Shown here: positions 1 through 10,907 of the stretch, piece after piece
How positions within the stretch are numbered: the stretch's first letter is position 1
Layout: each line of letters begins with the position of its first letter
Origin: Patescibacteria group bacterium
GTDB lineage: Bacteria; Patescibacteriota; Dojkabacteria; JAHIVN01
NCBI GenBank assembly: GCA_043816305.1
Contig: JBDRHZ010000022.1
Location: 1 to 62,746 of the forward strand
Length of the DNA: 62,746 bases
Reading direction: 5' to 3'
Translations under genes and position numbers: made by a program
The notes under the pieces: generated by a model
Database searches by the model: none
Told to the model about the DNA's origin: nothing
Seen by the model: the letters and a program-made list of their open reading frames with translations, nothing else

Positions 1-131
1 CGTCTCGAGGTGGTATACGGGAAGATAGGCTTCCAGTTTATCTTATAGAATATATTTGGAGATTTAATAATCGAAAATTGGATATCAATACTAAAGTAAA
101 TAAACTGTTAAATTTGGTGGCTAAATTTTGA
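1..131 (+). CDS. IS1595-family (ISXO2-like) transposase, C-terminal fragment; 5' part lies outside the window
   Basis: Frame 3 reads SRGGIREDRLPVYLIEYIWRFNNRKLDINTKVNKLLNLVAKF* (stop 129-131). The YL.E...RFNNR tail is the recognisable C-terminus of IS1595-type DDE transposases. Confidence 0.6.
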   Translation, partial: SRGGIREDRLPVYLIEYIWRFNNRKLDINTKVNKLLNLVAKF

Positions 132-133
132 CA

Positions 134-541
134 TTACCCAATATAATTTAACTTCTCCTCGAAAAAGTAATCACTTTCAATATACACAGGCCAGTTAGAA
201 CTACGCCATATGTTAAATCCTCCCAGATTATTATTGAAAATTGGAAGGAGATACCTCCGGTTGTCAGTTTTGAGAAGCTGAATAATCTCTTTACTAGTAA
301 AGCTTTTGTAATTTCTTACAAAGTTTATCGTATTTGAACACTGTGCTATGAGATGGATGTGATTTGTCATAAAAACATATCCATACAGCTTTGCTTTTTG
401 CTGCTTTGTATAAAACTTCAAGTTATCAATCAATAAATCAAAATAGGTGTATGAAGTAAAAATATCAACCCAGTGATTTACTGTGAATGTTAGAAAATAG
501 CAACCATCTGTCATGTTTTTAGCTATTCGTGGACTTGGCAT
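134..541 (-). CDS. REP-associated tyrosine transposase (RAYT), IS200/IS605 Y1 HUH family; possibly C-terminally truncated
   Basis: 135 aa with GCYFLTFTV...W..IF, HUH motif MTNHIHLIA and a terminal ...EEKLNYIG that stops inside the usual Y-x-x-x-NP region. Its stop lies 2 nt from the stop of the IS1595 fragment. Confidence 0.7.
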   Translation of the reverse strand: MPSPRIAKNMTDGCYFLTFTVNHWVDIFTSYTYFDLLIDNLKFYTKQQKAKLYGYVFMTNHIHLIAQCSNTINFVRNYKSFTSKEIIQLLKTDNRRYLLPIFNNNLGGFNIWRSSNWPVYIESDYFFEEKLNYIG

Positions 542-642
542 CTCAGAATAAACGAAATCTATGTTAAGATTAGTAATGATAAGCTAGAAATTCAAGAGCT
601 ATTGTATAAATATAATAACAATAGAAATGGCTAGTTCAATCT

Positions 643-790
643 GGGAGATTGAACCAGCTACATCTAGGGGATTGAACCAGCTATAGAGCAAAATCTTGCG
701 AAAGGATAAAGGAGTCCGAAATCTGCGTAAGGACGAATGAACGCAAGATTCTGCGTAAGAACGAACAGTAGCAGCAGATTCGATCACACT
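643..790. repeat. Degenerate tandem repeats beside the RAYT gene
   Basis: GGGAGATTGAACCAGCTA (643-660) and GGGGATTGAACCAGCTA (667-683). Then TCTGCGTAAGGACGAA (722-737) and TCTGCGTAAGAACGAA (750-765) with a 28-nt period. ATCTTGCG/CGCAAGAT inverted arms are also present. Confidence 0.6.
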
Positions 791-881
791 GATCGATCCA
801 TATCCATCTTGCATTCTCTATACAAAGAATATATATTTATTATACAAGGAGATATAGAACTGTTATATTCGATGATATATT

Positions 882-2099
882 ATGCTGCCCTATAACTTTT
901 TAGGTTTTAAATTAAAATCCCCTATTTGGGTAGCCTCCCAGTGCCCTATGAATCCCCATACTCAAGAAAAGCATGTGGAACTGTTCGAAAACTATGTGAA
1001 AAATGGTGCTGCGTTGGTGAAAACTCAGATGATATCAAATATAAAGCAGAGGAATGGAAATCCCTTTCACCGTGTACGAATGGCGTATTTCGAGAATGAG
1101 GGCAAACCTATAGGCTTTTGCAATCTTGGGCGAATAGAAGAAAGCATGGCGTATCTGGATGAAGGACTGTCATTGATTCATAAATTAAAAAGCCTTCAAG
1201 TTCCAGTGACTGCAAATATAGCTGTGCACAGCAGACAATTTTATAATGCAAAGATATGGGCTACTCTTGCCAAAAGGATTGTGGCCGGAGGTGCGGATAT
1301 TATTGAAATCAACTTATCCTGTCCAAATCTCCGTGCAAATTTAAAAATCCCGGGACAGGATTATGGCTTGACTGTAGACATTGTCCGGGAGATAAAGCGT
1401 ACAGTAGATCATATCCCGATTATCGTGAAGTTTACTCCGGATATGAACCTATCCCGGCTAGATAGATTTACAAGAGGTGTCATAAATGCCGGTGCTGACG
1501 GGATAACTGTGGTCAATTCGCCTGCAGCTATCGCTCCTCCGGATATCTACCATCAGGGCAGGCCTAAGTTTCAAGGAGTAAGCGGCTATACTTATACAGC
1601 AGTACATGGACCGATCAACATCTATCTGGCATATCGTTTTGTCACTAGAATTTACCAGATCATGAAGGAAATGAAAAAAAAGATTGAACTTACGGCAACA
1701 GGAGGAATAAATAAACCTGAGCAGATAGTGGAGCTTATGATGCTTGGTGCCTCAACTGTTGAGTTGAGCTCTGCAATTCTGCTGCAGGGTTACGGCTTTA
1801 TAGAGAAATGTAATAATTTTCTTGACAAATTTATGGAAAAACAAGGTTATACAAGCTATGCAAGCATGAGAGGATTAAGTCATAAATATATAATTGGGCA
1901 CTTGAAAGTGAGATATAGGGAGGTCAAAGCACGGATTAATTATAGAAAATGTACAAATTGCGGAGCATGTACAAGGTCGCTTTGCCTAGCCTGGAAAAAG
2001 GTTGGAGATAAAGTTTTGGTTGATTATGAAAAATGCTCAGGATGCGGATTCTGTAAGCTGGTGTGTCCGGTCGGGGCAAGAATTGTTGAAGAGGTCTAA
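882..2099 (+). CDS. Dihydroorotate/dihydropyrimidine dehydrogenase-family TIM-barrel protein with C-terminal 2x[4Fe-4S] ferredoxin domain (PreA-like)
   Basis: 405 aa with a DHOD-like core (IEINLSCPN, IIVKFTPD, GADGITVVNS, TATGGI). The C-terminus carries CTNCGACTRSLC and CSGCGFCKLVCP clusters. Size and architecture resemble PreA. Confidence 0.7.
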   Translation: MLPYNFLGFKLKSPIWVASQCPMNPHTQEKHVELFENYVKNGAALVKTQMISNIKQRNGNPFHRVRMAYFENEGKPIGFCNLGRIEESMAYLDEGLSLIHKLKSLQVPVTANIAVHSRQFYNAKIWATLAKRIVAGGADIIEINLSCPNLRANLKIPGQDYGLTVDIVREIKRTVDHIPIIVKFTPDMNLSRLDRFTRGVINAGADGITVVNSPAAIAPPDIYHQGRPKFQGVSGYTYTAVHGPINIYLAYRFVTRIYQIMKEMKKKIELTATGGINKPEQIVELMMLGASTVELSSAILLQGYGFIEKCNNFLDKFMEKQGYTSYASMRGLSHKYIIGHLKVRYREVKARINYRKCTNCGACTRSLCLAWKKVGDKVLVDYEKCSGCGFCKLVCPVGARIVEEV

Positions 2100-2101
2100 A
2101 T

Positions 2102-5047
2102 TTATGTGATATCTTTAGCCACGACTTTCTTTAGCCATTGCCCGGTATAACTTTGAGGGACTTTTACTATTTCCCCGGGTGTTCCAACAGCGATTATCTC
2201 TCCGCCCTTATCACCACCTTCTGGCCCAAGGTCGATAATCCAATCAGCAGTTTTGATGACATCTAGATTGTGTTCTATGACGATCACTGTATTGCCCTTT
2301 AAAACAAGTGAATGAAGTACTACTAAAAGATTTTCAATGTCATAGAAGTGGAGGCCTGTTGTAGGCTCATCTAGTATATATACAGTTTTTCCAGTTCCTC
2401 TTTTGGACAGCTCTGAGGCAAGTTTTACTCTCTGAGCTTCTCCGCCGGATAGGGTTGTGGCGCTTTGGCCAAGCTTTATATAGCTGAGTCCAACGTCATT
2501 CAATGTTTGAAACTTATTGTATATCTGTGGGATCTTATTGAAGAACTCAAGCGCTTGTTCGACTGTCATACCCAGGACCTCTGATATATTCTTGCCGTTG
2601 TAATCAACCTGGAGAGTTTCCCTATTGTATCGTTTTCTTTTGCATACCTCGCAGGGAACATAGACGTCAGGAAGGAACTGCATTTCGATTTTTATAAGTC
2701 CATCACCCTGGCAATTCTCGCATCTTCCTCGTTTGACATTGAAGCTGAATCTGCCTGGAGTATATCCCCGCTCTTTTGACTCCCTTGTTTTTGAAAAAAG
2801 TTCACGGATAGGAGTAAAAACTCCGGTATAGGTAGCGGGATTTGATCTTGGCGTTCGGCCTATCGGAGACTGATCGATATTTACTACCTTATCAACATAC
2901 TGAAGTCCTGATATAGAATCAAACTTCCCTGGCTTGACATTCGAGTTGTAAATTTCTGATGCGAGTGCCGGATAGAGAGTTTCGTTTAGAAGCGATGATT
3001 TCCCACTTCCCGAAACTCCTGTTAAGCATATAAATTTTCCCAGAGGAAAAGAAGCGTTTATACCTTTCAGGTTCCGGTGTTTAACATTCCACAGCTTTAG
3101 GCTTAATCCTTCTTGATTCCGGCTGTTTCCTTCGCTCCCATTATTTTTACTCACTTTGCTCGCTTTTCTCCGAATCTCAGATTTTGATATCTTCTTTTTG
3201 CCGGATAAGTAGGCTCCCGTTATAGATTTTGCATTCTTCTTGATGTCGTCGGGTTTACCTGTGGAAATGATTTTTCCACCATGTTCCCCTGCCTTGGGGC
3301 CGATATCGATCACATAATCAGACTGTTCGATTGTCGTTTGATCATGTTCGACGACAAGAACTGTATTACCGAGTTTTTTCAGATTCTTTAATGTATCAAT
3401 CAATTTCTGGTTATCTCTTTGATGAAGCCCAATCGAAGGCTCGTCCAATACATAAAGAACTCCGGACAACCCTGTTCCGATCTGGCTGGCAAGTCTAATT
3501 CTTTGTGCCTCACCACCAGAAAGCGTTCTAGCTGTTCTATTCAAGCTCAGATAATCAAGTCCGACTGCTATAAGAAAATTGAGACGAGTAGTGATTTCTT
3601 TTAAGACCTGTTTGACTATCATCTTCTCATTACTTGTCAGATCGTCTTTATCTTTTGAGTTTTTGTAAGCACTCGTTATCCAGGCAATAGCTTCCTTGAT
3701 AGAAAGTCTAGTAATGTCAATAATATTGTTGTTTCGGATAGTAACGGCAAGAGCCTCAGGCCGCAGCCTTTTCCCCCTGCAAACTTCACACGGGAGTTCT
3801 CTCATATATTTATCAATTTCCCGGCGGATATAATCAGACTCGGTTTCTTTGTACCTTCTCTCAAGATTGGGGATGACGCCTTCAAACCTAGCGTTATAGT
3901 ATCCGGCTTCTCTTCCTCCAGTCCCGACGTACTTTACCTTGAAGCGTTTATTACTGCTGCCATACAGTATTATCTTTAGATGCTCAGGTTTAAGCTGGCC
4001 GAGCGGTGTTCTTACTGAGAATCCGAAATACTCCGCTACAGCTGTTACCAAACGCATATGCCAGCTGTCTGCATTATCGGCCATTCTGCTCCAGGGGTAG
4101 ATGCCTCCCTCAGATATAGTCAGGTTTGGGTTGTACACAAGATCAGGGTCTGCCTGCTTGATGGTACCTAGGCCATCACAGCTTGGGCATGCACCGTACG
4201 GAGAATTGAATGAGAAAGTATGTGGTTCTATCTCTTCAAATGAAATGTCGCATTTGGGACAGGAAAACTTTTCTGAATAAAGCCTCTCTTTGTTATCTTC
4301 AGGTAAGAATGCAATCAGTTCTCCTTCTCCAAGATTCAAAGCAGCCTCAACAGAATCAGTCAATCTTTTCTGAAAGTCCTGATCTTTTTGAGAATCAGTT
4401 TTAACTATAAGTCTATCAATGACAATTTCAATATTATGTATCTTGTATCTATCAAGTTTGATTTCTTCCTCAAAGTTTCTAACTGTTCCATCAACTCTTG
4501 CTCTGACATAGCCTTTTGAAAGAAACTGTTGGAAAAGTTCATCGTAGCTTCCTTTTCGTTTCTTTACGACCGGTGCTAAAAGCATAAATTTACCTATATG
4601 TTTGTTTATCGAATCGACAATATCCTGTACAGTCTGGGCTTTTACACGCCTGCCACATTTCGGACAGTGTGGGTGACCGGCACGGGCAAAAAGCAGTCTC
4701 AGGTAATCATAAATTTCAGTAACCGTTCCTACTGTAGAACGCGGATTGTGACTAGCTGATTTCTGATCGATCGATATAGCAGGAGAAAGTCCCTCGATGA
4801 GATCGACATCTGGCTTTTGCATCATTCCCAGAAATTGGCGTGCATAGGACGAGAGCGACTCAACATAGCGTCTCTGACCCTCAGCATATATCGTATCAAA
4901 TGCTAGCGAAGATTTCCCTGACCCCGAAAGCCCAGTTATAACAACAAATTTGTTCTTTGGGATTTTGACATTTATATTCTTTAGATTGTTTTCACGAGCT
5001 CCTTTTACGATGATATACCTCTGCCCGTCTTGTGTGTTCGAATTCAT
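2102..5047 (-). CDS. uvrA: Excinuclease ABC subunit A
   Basis: 981 aa with two ABC ATPase modules ([32 protein letters not shown] x2). Zinc-finger Cys pairs are present (CPKCGRR, CPKCD...[14 protein letters not shown]...CEVC). Confidence 0.97.
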   Translation of the reverse strand: MNSNTQDGQRYIIVKGARENNLKNINVKIPKNKFVVITGLSGSGKSSLAFDTIYAEGQRRYVESLSSYARQFLGMMQKPDVDLIEGLSPAISIDQKSASHNPRSTVGTVTEIYDYLRLLFARAGHPHCPKCGRRVKAQTVQDIVDSINKHIGKFMLLAPVVKKRKGSYDELFQQFLSKGYVRARVDGTVRNFEEEIKLDRYKIHNIEIVIDRLIVKTDSQKDQDFQKRLTDSVEAALNLGEGELIAFLPEDNKERLYSEKFSCPKCDISFEEIEPHTFSFNSPYGACPSCDGLGTIKQADPDLVYNPNLTISEGGIYPWSRMADNADSWHMRLVTAVAEYFGFSVRTPLGQLKPEHLKIILYGSSNKRFKVKYVGTGGREAGYYNARFEGVIPNLERRYKETESDYIRREIDKYMRELPCEVCRGKRLRPEALAVTIRNNNIIDITRLSIKEAIAWITSAYKNSKDKDDLTSNEKMIVKQVLKEITTRLNFLIAVGLDYLSLNRTARTLSGGEAQRIRLASQIGTGLSGVLYVLDEPSIGLHQRDNQKLIDTLKNLKKLGNTVLVVEHDQTTIEQSDYVIDIGPKAGEHGGKIISTGKPDDIKKNAKSITGAYLSGKKKISKSEIRRKASKVSKNNGSEGNSRNQEGLSLKLWNVKHRNLKGINASFPLGKFICLTGVSGSGKSSLLNETLYPALASEIYNSNVKPGKFDSISGLQYVDKVVNIDQSPIGRTPRSNPATYTGVFTPIRELFSKTRESKERGYTPGRFSFNVKRGRCENCQGDGLIKIEMQFLPDVYVPCEVCKRKRYNRETLQVDYNGKNISEVLGMTVEQALEFFNKIPQIYNKFQTLNDVGLSYIKLGQSATTLSGGEAQRVKLASELSKRGTGKTVYILDEPTTGLHFYDIENLLVVLHSLVLKGNTVIVIEHNLDVIKTADWIIDLGPEGGDKGGEIIAVGTPGEIVKVPQSYTGQWLKKVVAKDIT

Positions 5048-5119
5048 GTTCGATTATTTTTAAAGAAAAGCTAACATGTATTATAACACATAATTTTTTA
5101 ACTTAAACAGCAAATAGAT

Positions 5120-5335
5120 GGTATCAGGTAGCAGGGAATCGCTGTTCAGTAGCCGGGGATTGCTTTCCGTTGACCGTAGACCTTAATCCGTAATCAGTAA
5201 TCCACTAATTGAAATGGCAAGTTCTTCGATGTAAATGTTTATATATCGGTCGGTTGTTGGCGTATAGGCTATTCTGCTAGTCGGCTCTTCTGCTCATAGG
5301 CCAATTAGCTCATTCGCCTATAAACTCTTTTGCCA
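5120..5335. repeat. Degenerate 7-nt-phased tracts in the uvrA/5387 divergent spacer
   Basis: ggtatca ggtagca gggaatc gctgttc agtagcc ggggatt gctttcc gttgacc gtagacc ttaatcc gtaatca gtaatcc, then ggctatt ctgctag tcggctc ttctgct cataggc caattag ctcattc gcctata. Confidence 0.6.
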
Positions 5336-5386
5336 TTATTTTAATTTTAAAGTATTATTTAAGTACATTAGCTATTAATAACTGCC

Positions 5387-6532
5387 ATGGAAATTCAATC
5401 CACAAATAGGCCAGCGAATCCACAGAAATACACCTCATTTTCATCAACTAGATCGAGGGTGAGTCCTGATGGGACAAAAAAGACTTTTTCCCCCACACTG
5501 ATCATAGTGATATTCTCACTAGTTTTAATTTCCCTTGGAGCCTTTTTCATTCTTGTATCCAAAAGTAAGGATGAAACACCGGCTGCTGAAACAACAACTA
5601 CTACTACTGTGAGCACTGACTCGGGAAAAGAAACAGAAACTGATCCAGCTGAAGTTGAGGAGACGGCAGAAACAATCGACACTAGTGAAAAAGAAGATGA
5701 CGGGTCCGCAGAAGATGGAGCATCAAGTGAGGATTTTTCCGAAAGTGATCAACAAGTTGGAAGTAAAGACGTCACAGAGGTCAAGATAATTTCCCTTGAA
5801 CACAAGGCCTATGACGGATTTTTGAGAATAATATTCGAATTGGATTCTGAGGAATCCCCTTTAGTAACCTCATCTCTGAGTACTGCTTCGAGCCTTATAT
5901 CGTTGAAATTCAAAGGGATCCATGGTGATAATTCTGGTATAAGTACGGGCAATGGACTGGATCTAAAAGGATCTGTAGTTTCAACTATCTTTCATGAAGT
6001 TACAAGCGAAGAAAATACTTCGCGTTATTCTATAGGCGTCAAACAGGAAACTGGATTTTATCTTCATACGCTTTCTTCACCGACTAGAGTTGTTCTAGAT
6101 ATTCAAGAACAAGATGTCGAGAACGGAGACTCAGAAGAATTTGAGTTTTCGCAAGGAGCTCAGAGTTTCAGTGGTAATGCGAATGGAAATGTTATCACTA
6201 TCAGCGGGCTGAGTTATTCAAATCAGGGAAGCGTTTTTAGAATAATATTCCGTCTTGGAACCATAGGAACGGGGTCTATTCCAGCCGCATCCGCTGAAAT
6301 AGTCGATTTCGAAGGAGGAAAAGCGATTAAGCTTATCATGTCAAATATGTCTTCAGACTGGGCAGCTCAAGGCAATTATAATGAGGATTACACAGATAGT
6401 GCTGTTACTGGCATGAAGGGAAGTTTTTCTTCCAATACATCAACTTACTATATTGGAATTAACGGCAGCAGAGACTATAAATTGTACTACCGTTCTGCTC
6501 CAGCACAGCTGATAGTTGATGTAAAGAGATAG
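5387..6532 (+). CDS. Membrane-anchored protein with acidic Thr/Glu/Asp linker and two internally repeated beta-rich modules (AMIN-like)
   Basis: One TM segment (LIIVIFSLVLISLGAFFILV). Internal duplication: GFLRIIFELDS...PTRVVLDIQ and SVFRIIFRLGT...PAQLIVDVKR. Confidence 0.4.
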   Translation: MEIQSTNRPANPQKYTSFSSTRSRVSPDGTKKTFSPTLIIVIFSLVLISLGAFFILVSKSKDETPAAETTTTTTVSTDSGKETETDPAEVEETAETIDTSEKEDDGSAEDGASSEDFSESDQQVGSKDVTEVKIISLEHKAYDGFLRIIFELDSEESPLVTSSLSTASSLISLKFKGIHGDNSGISTGNGLDLKGSVVSTIFHEVTSEENTSRYSIGVKQETGFYLHTLSSPTRVVLDIQEQDVENGDSEEFEFSQGAQSFSGNANGNVITISGLSYSNQGSVFRIIFRLGTIGTGSIPAASAEIVDFEGGKAIKLIMSNMSSDWAAQGNYNEDYTDSAVTGMKGSFSSNTSTYYIGINGSRDYKLYYRSAPAQLIVDVKR

Positions 6533-6540
6533 AAGGATTA

Positions 6541-6610
6541 GTAGACAGTAGACAGTAGACAGTAGACAGATAGATCTTTGATAGTGGGCTGGTAGACATT
6601 TGATTTATCA
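6541..6610. repeat. Heptamer tandem repeat (GTAGACA)x4 decaying into a 7-nt-phased tract
   Basis: Perfect GTAGACA x4 at 6541-6568, followed by gatagat ctttgat agtgggc tggtaga catttga tttatca. Confidence 0.9.
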
Positions 6611-6650
6611 AATACAGCAATCTTTTGATTAAATTATTAGTTGAGTATTT

Positions 6651-6812
6651 ATGAATCCTGCAATTCCTCTTATGATCGCTATCTTGCTTCTTGTTGCACT
6701 TATATTTTCAATTGTTAAAAAGGTAAAAAAAACTTATCATTATAATTATTGTACTTTGGAACTTCTCCACTATAAGAGAAACTTTACTAGATATATTTTT
6801 CCCGGATCATGA
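6651..6812 (+). CDS. Possible small membrane peptide (53 aa)
   Basis: MNPAIPLMIAILLLVALIFSIVKKVKK... has one hydrophobic helix. Its N-terminus parallels the neighbouring 47-aa peptide. It is below the ORF-track cutoff. Confidence 0.2.
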   Translation: MNPAIPLMIAILLLVALIFSIVKKVKKTYHYNYCTLELLHYKRNFTRYIFPGS

Positions 6813-6879
6813 ACATTTATACATATAAAAGTAAATTAATAACTAATAACTAATAACTTTACTCTTTAAATGAAACATT

Positions 6880-7023
6880 ATGAGTACTCCAGTTCTTGTA
6901 GTAATTATTGTGTTAGCGGCTATTCTAATGGCGTTATCGCTAATTGGGAAGATACGAAAGCTGTTAGCTTGTGGAATAGTGTTAGCTATCGCAGGCTTGA
7001 TAGCATATTTTATGCTAAAATAA
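6880..7023 (+). CDS. Possible small two-helix membrane peptide (47 aa)
   Basis: MSTPVLVVIIVLAAILMALSLIGKIRKLLACGIVLAIAGLIAYFMLK* has two hydrophobic helices around a basic loop. Confidence 0.3.
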   Translation: MSTPVLVVIIVLAAILMALSLIGKIRKLLACGIVLAIAGLIAYFMLK

Positions 7024-7029
7024 CTTTGA

Positions 7030-8223
7030 TTACTTGATAATCTTATTCTCTATCTTTATTCTCAATATTCTCTTCACACTCTCATCTATTCTCTCTTCAC
7101 TGATTGTTCCGTCGTTTACAGCCTTTTCAAGCTGTTGTATAAACGCAACCTGATTATCATATGTATCGACTATCATAATCATGTCATTTCCGGCATTTAT
7201 AGCATCTACTACTTTATCTGGATATTTATCCAGAGCCTGCATGTGAATGTCGTCAGTAAGGATGATGCCGTCAAACTTGAGAAAGTTTCTAAGCAGTTCA
7301 TTGATAAATTTTCCAGAAAGGCTTGCCGGGTATTTTTTGTCAATTTTGGGATATAGAGCATGTCCTGTCATGATGATTTGCACATCATTGTTGATAGCTT
7401 CTTTGAACGGGACTATCTCTTCGATAAGTAATGTATCCTTGTCTACGTCAATTTGAGGAAGAGCTAGGTGCGAATCAGTTGTTGTCCTGCCTATACCCGG
7501 GAAGTGTTTTGCTGTTGCAATGACTCCATTTTTCTCATGTGCCTTGATGATTTCGACCCCTAACTGGGTAACTTGAGCTGGTGTCGAGCCCAACGTTCTA
7601 TTTGCCATGATACTGCCCGGCTCAAATGATATGTCTAGTACAGGCGCAAGGTTTACGTTGATATTAAATTGTTTTAAAGCGAGCGCATGACTTTCTCCGG
7701 TAGAGTAAGCGAAATCCTCCCGGTTTACTATTCCTATATGTGGCTGTGAGATATATCTGGCGTTATCCCAAGGTATGCGTCCAACTATTCCACCCTCCTG
7801 ATCTGTTGCAATAAGAAGTTTCGTATCGCTATTCTTTTGTAAGCTTTTTACATAATCGGTTAACTGGGTCTGTGTTGAGATATTCTGGCTCATAAGTACG
7901 ATTCCCCCTATGCGGTATTCTTCTATAAGCGATTTCGTATCATCATCATAGTATGAAGTCGGGAGCGACAGCATAAATAACTGACCTATCTTAGCTTTAG
8001 GGTCCAGCCTTGAGAATTCGATAAAGACCAGTGCATCCATTCTATAATTGTCGTAGCTTGCGACAGCATTCTCTAGATTTACTTTCTTCAGTTTCACTAG
8101 GGAGCCAGGCTTTGACAAGTCGGTCACATAGATGAGAATGAGCAGGTAGATTAGTGAGAAAATCGCAAGTACAATTACTTTTAATTTTGTCTTTTTCTTC
8201 TTTATCTTGATTTCTGTATGCAT
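7030..8223 (-). CDS. nagZ: Glycoside hydrolase family 3 beta-N-acetylhexosaminidase (NagZ-like), membrane anchored
   Basis: 397 aa with GH3 motifs DQEGG.V.R, KHFPGIGRTTTDSH and ILTDD. An N-terminal TM anchor is present. Confidence 0.8.
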   Translation of the reverse strand: MHTEIKIKKKKTKLKVIVLAIFSLIYLLILIYVTDLSKPGSLVKLKKVNLENAVASYDNYRMDALVFIEFSRLDPKAKIGQLFMLSLPTSYYDDDTKSLIEEYRIGGIVLMSQNISTQTQLTDYVKSLQKNSDTKLLIATDQEGGIVGRIPWDNARYISQPHIGIVNREDFAYSTGESHALALKQFNINVNLAPVLDISFEPGSIMANRTLGSTPAQVTQLGVEIIKAHEKNGVIATAKHFPGIGRTTTDSHLALPQIDVDKDTLLIEEIVPFKEAINNDVQIIMTGHALYPKIDKKYPASLSGKFINELLRNFLKFDGIILTDDIHMQALDKYPDKVVDAINAGNDMIMIVDTYDNQVAFIQQLEKAVNDGTISEERIDESVKRILRIKIENKIIK

Positions 8224-8418
8224 AGTTTAATTCTATTTACTTCTTATGAATAATGCAAACTTTAGGCCGATGAGCTTATGAGTTAGTGAACTGGTGAACA
8301 AATAAACATTCATGCCTATCTGAATACTGACAACTGATTCCCCGTCTGTAAACTTGACATATCAAAAATATATCTCTAAAATATATGATATAGATATAAT
8401 ATATCCGTCCGCTTCCTA

Positions 8419-9219
8419 ATGACTGTTAAATGGAAAGGCCCCAATGGAGAAGTAGATGAAGATTCAAACGAGAATCTGGTAAAGCTGCTTTTCCACGAGA
8501 AACTCAAAAGTCACTTTAGCAAAGAAGAACTCAATAATGTAAGCTATCTAGCCCTATCTGGTTTGGACTTTTTGAGAGAACTTTATTCCAGCAGGAAGCT
8601 TAGTTCCAGATACCACAATCTCGGTCATAACTACGTTACTACGATTACTTCAATAAAGACTTTCATTGGTGCACTAAGTCTAGGTAAAGCTGTGGATGAG
8701 AAGGATTTAATTTCCTTGATTATCGCAGCATTATTTCATGATAGTGGATATCTTCTTAATTATAAGGCCGGAGTGAAAAGAGAAATTAGGGACCATAATC
8801 TAAACAGTATCTTATTTACTGAGATTTTTCTTGCAGGGCAAAGGGTCGAGGACGAAATATGTGACAAAGTGCTTCATCTCATTAAGTATACAGATTATTC
8901 TGAGTGTGATGATTTTAAGAATGAGATAAAACATGATTTTCTCGGCCAAGTGCTTATAGGAGCTGATCTTTTGCAAGTGACCGATAAACGGTACTTTGTG
9001 AACAGAAATTTTTTGGAAGAATATCTTTATAAGAATGAATCAGAGACTGATGAGGCCATGGAGAGACGGTTCTTCAAGTTTGTGCAGGAACTGACCTCAA
9101 ATATGTGGAATTATCTGGATGCATATTACAAAACAGCTAAGACAAACCCATACCGAACCGGCTGGCAGAGATTTGTTAAAGCTTTCCAAATGATCTGCGG
9201 TGAGAAAGACTTGAAATAG
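8419..9219 (+). CDS. HD-domain (metal-dependent phosphohydrolase-like) protein
   Basis: H...HD signature: YHNLGHNYV ... AALFHDSGY. Confidence 0.5.
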   Translation: MTVKWKGPNGEVDEDSNENLVKLLFHEKLKSHFSKEELNNVSYLALSGLDFLRELYSSRKLSSRYHNLGHNYVTTITSIKTFIGALSLGKAVDEKDLISLIIAALFHDSGYLLNYKAGVKREIRDHNLNSILFTEIFLAGQRVEDEICDKVLHLIKYTDYSECDDFKNEIKHDFLGQVLIGADLLQVTDKRYFVNRNFLEEYLYKNESETDEAMERRFFKFVQELTSNMWNYLDAYYKTAKTNPYRTGWQRFVKAFQMICGEKDLK

Positions 9220-9289
9220 CAGGAATTACTGGTTTGTTTGATTTCCATCAATATTCTATAATATTCCCATAAATTTTTATTCAATTCTG

Positions 9290-10132
9290 ATGAGTCATAC
9301 TTTCACAGCTGAACCTGTAAAAAATGATATTGATAAAGGTTCTAAACCAAAAATCAGCAAAAATCTTGTAGTAATAGTGATTGTAATATTGTTCTTATGT
9401 TGTATCGCTGGTGCCCTGGGAGCAGCTGGAACTTATATTTATCTGAAAAACAAAGACAAAGATGTTACAGATAACGTGAATGCCGATACCTCTGGAAGTG
9501 AAGACCAAGATGATATAACTGCAGATCAGAGCGATGATACCGAGGACGGTTCAAATGAAGATATTGGTGATGACGGGATCTCTGATGACTCAAGTGATGA
9601 CAGCCAAGGAGCTCAGGATGATGGAAATGATGATGGTCTTCAATTAGTTCAGCAGCCGGAAGCATCAGAAGTTTTTGATACTATGGGTGGCGTAAAGAGC
9701 TACATTCTGACTGCATCTTTGGATGAGGAAGGGAGTATATATGCTCAGTTTCAGGCACCAGACAGAGAGTATGTAAGACAAACTGTAGGAACGGAGGTAG
9801 TGGAAGAAATCGCTATCAGCGATGATATTTACATCAGAGAAGATGGCGGTACCTGGGAGAAGGGAGAGGATTCCAACTTGACTGGTTTTCATCAAGATTT
9901 AATAGATGAAAACTTTTGGACGAGTGACTTTGAAATAAAAAAGAAAGGTACATCTGACGGCTACTGGTACTACACGGCATCCAGCGATGATAGTAGCTCT
10001 TTCAAATTGTATGCGCACAAAGATACAAAGTACATTTATAAGTTAGAGATGTTTTCCGGCAGTTACTCTCTCGGCGAACTAGTATTCAAGGACTATAATA
10101 GCGATAAAATCAATATTAAAAAGCCGATTTAG
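9290..10132 (+). CDS. Membrane-anchored protein with highly acidic linker, function unknown
   Basis: TM segment VVIVIVILFLCCIAGALGAAGTYIYL followed by an Asp/Ser/Glu-rich stretch. No recognisable domain. Confidence 0.5.
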   Translation: MSHTFTAEPVKNDIDKGSKPKISKNLVVIVIVILFLCCIAGALGAAGTYIYLKNKDKDVTDNVNADTSGSEDQDDITADQSDDTEDGSNEDIGDDGISDDSSDDSQGAQDDGNDDGLQLVQQPEASEVFDTMGGVKSYILTASLDEEGSIYAQFQAPDREYVRQTVGTEVVEEIAISDDIYIREDGGTWEKGEDSNLTGFHQDLIDENFWTSDFEIKKKGTSDGYWYYTASSDDSSSFKLYAHKDTKYIYKLEMFSGSYSLGELVFKDYNSDKINIKKPI

Positions 10133-10317
10133 TAGATAAGTTTCCTTTTGTCGCATTTGGTCTGGGGTTGCTTTAAGTTTGTATACTGACAATATTCTTT
10201 CTCATCATAAGTTTTGATATCTATCGACAAATTCCCCTACTTTTTTTGCAACAAATTTCCTTTTACTGCATAATACTAGTATAGAGTGATGAATTGTATA
10301 AATTAGGTTTGTTATCT

Positions 10318-10905
10318 ATGGATAAATCAAGTGAAAAGGCTTTGGTGGAAAAGGCGAAAAAGGATAGTCAGTCTTTTGGGATTTTGTACGACTATTATTA
10401 CAACCGAATCTTTAATTATATTCTGCGAAGATGTGTAAATGTACATATTGCTCAGGATATTACCTCAAATACATTTCTCAACGCACTTAAGGGTTTAAAA
10501 TCCTTCAAATGGAAAGACGATCTGGGTTTTTCGCCGTGGCTTTATAGGATAGCCACTAACTGTATCAATGAATACTTCCGAAAGAACAAAAAGTATGTGT
10601 CAGTAGCACCGGATGATTTTGACGTATTTCTGAAACAAGATGTTCCGGCATCTGAGTATGAGGAGGTAGAAAGAGAATTGGATGATAAAAAGGAGTTTCG
10701 TCACATTCAAGCGCAAATATCAAAGCTAGATGATAAATACCAGGAGATAATCCACTTGAAATTCTTTGAATTAAAGTCATATGAGGAAATAAGCTACATT
10801 TTGGGTGTGAAAGAAGGAACTTTGCGATCACATCTTTCTAGAGCGTTAGCAGAGTTGAAGAGAGTACTTAGTGCAACAAATATTTCTTTGGAACATTATA
10901 AGTAG
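10318..10905 (+). CDS. ECF-type RNA polymerase sigma-70 factor
   Basis: Region 2 (FGILYDYYYNRIFNYILRR, SPWLYRIATNCINEYFRK) and region 4 HTH (SYEEISYILGVKEGTLRSHLSRALAELK). The ORF track starts at TTG 10294; ATG 10318 is the more likely start. Confidence 0.85.
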   Translation: MDKSSEKALVEKAKKDSQSFGILYDYYYNRIFNYILRRCVNVHIAQDITSNTFLNALKGLKSFKWKDDLGFSPWLYRIATNCINEYFRKNKKYVSVAPDDFDVFLKQDVPASEYEEVERELDDKKEFRHIQAQISKLDDKYQEIIHLKFFELKSYEEISYILGVKEGTLRSHLSRALAELKRVLSATNISLEHYK

Positions 10906-10907
10906 TA

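Noticed and set aside
599-814. 71-aa minus-strand ORF
   Set aside because: It lies entirely over the degenerate tandem repeats next to the RAYT gene. It has odd composition and no start context, so it is likely non-coding.
3419-4404. 61- and 64-aa plus-strand ORFs inside uvrA
   Set aside because: They are antisense to a strongly supported 981-aa gene and have low-complexity composition. They are shadow ORFs.
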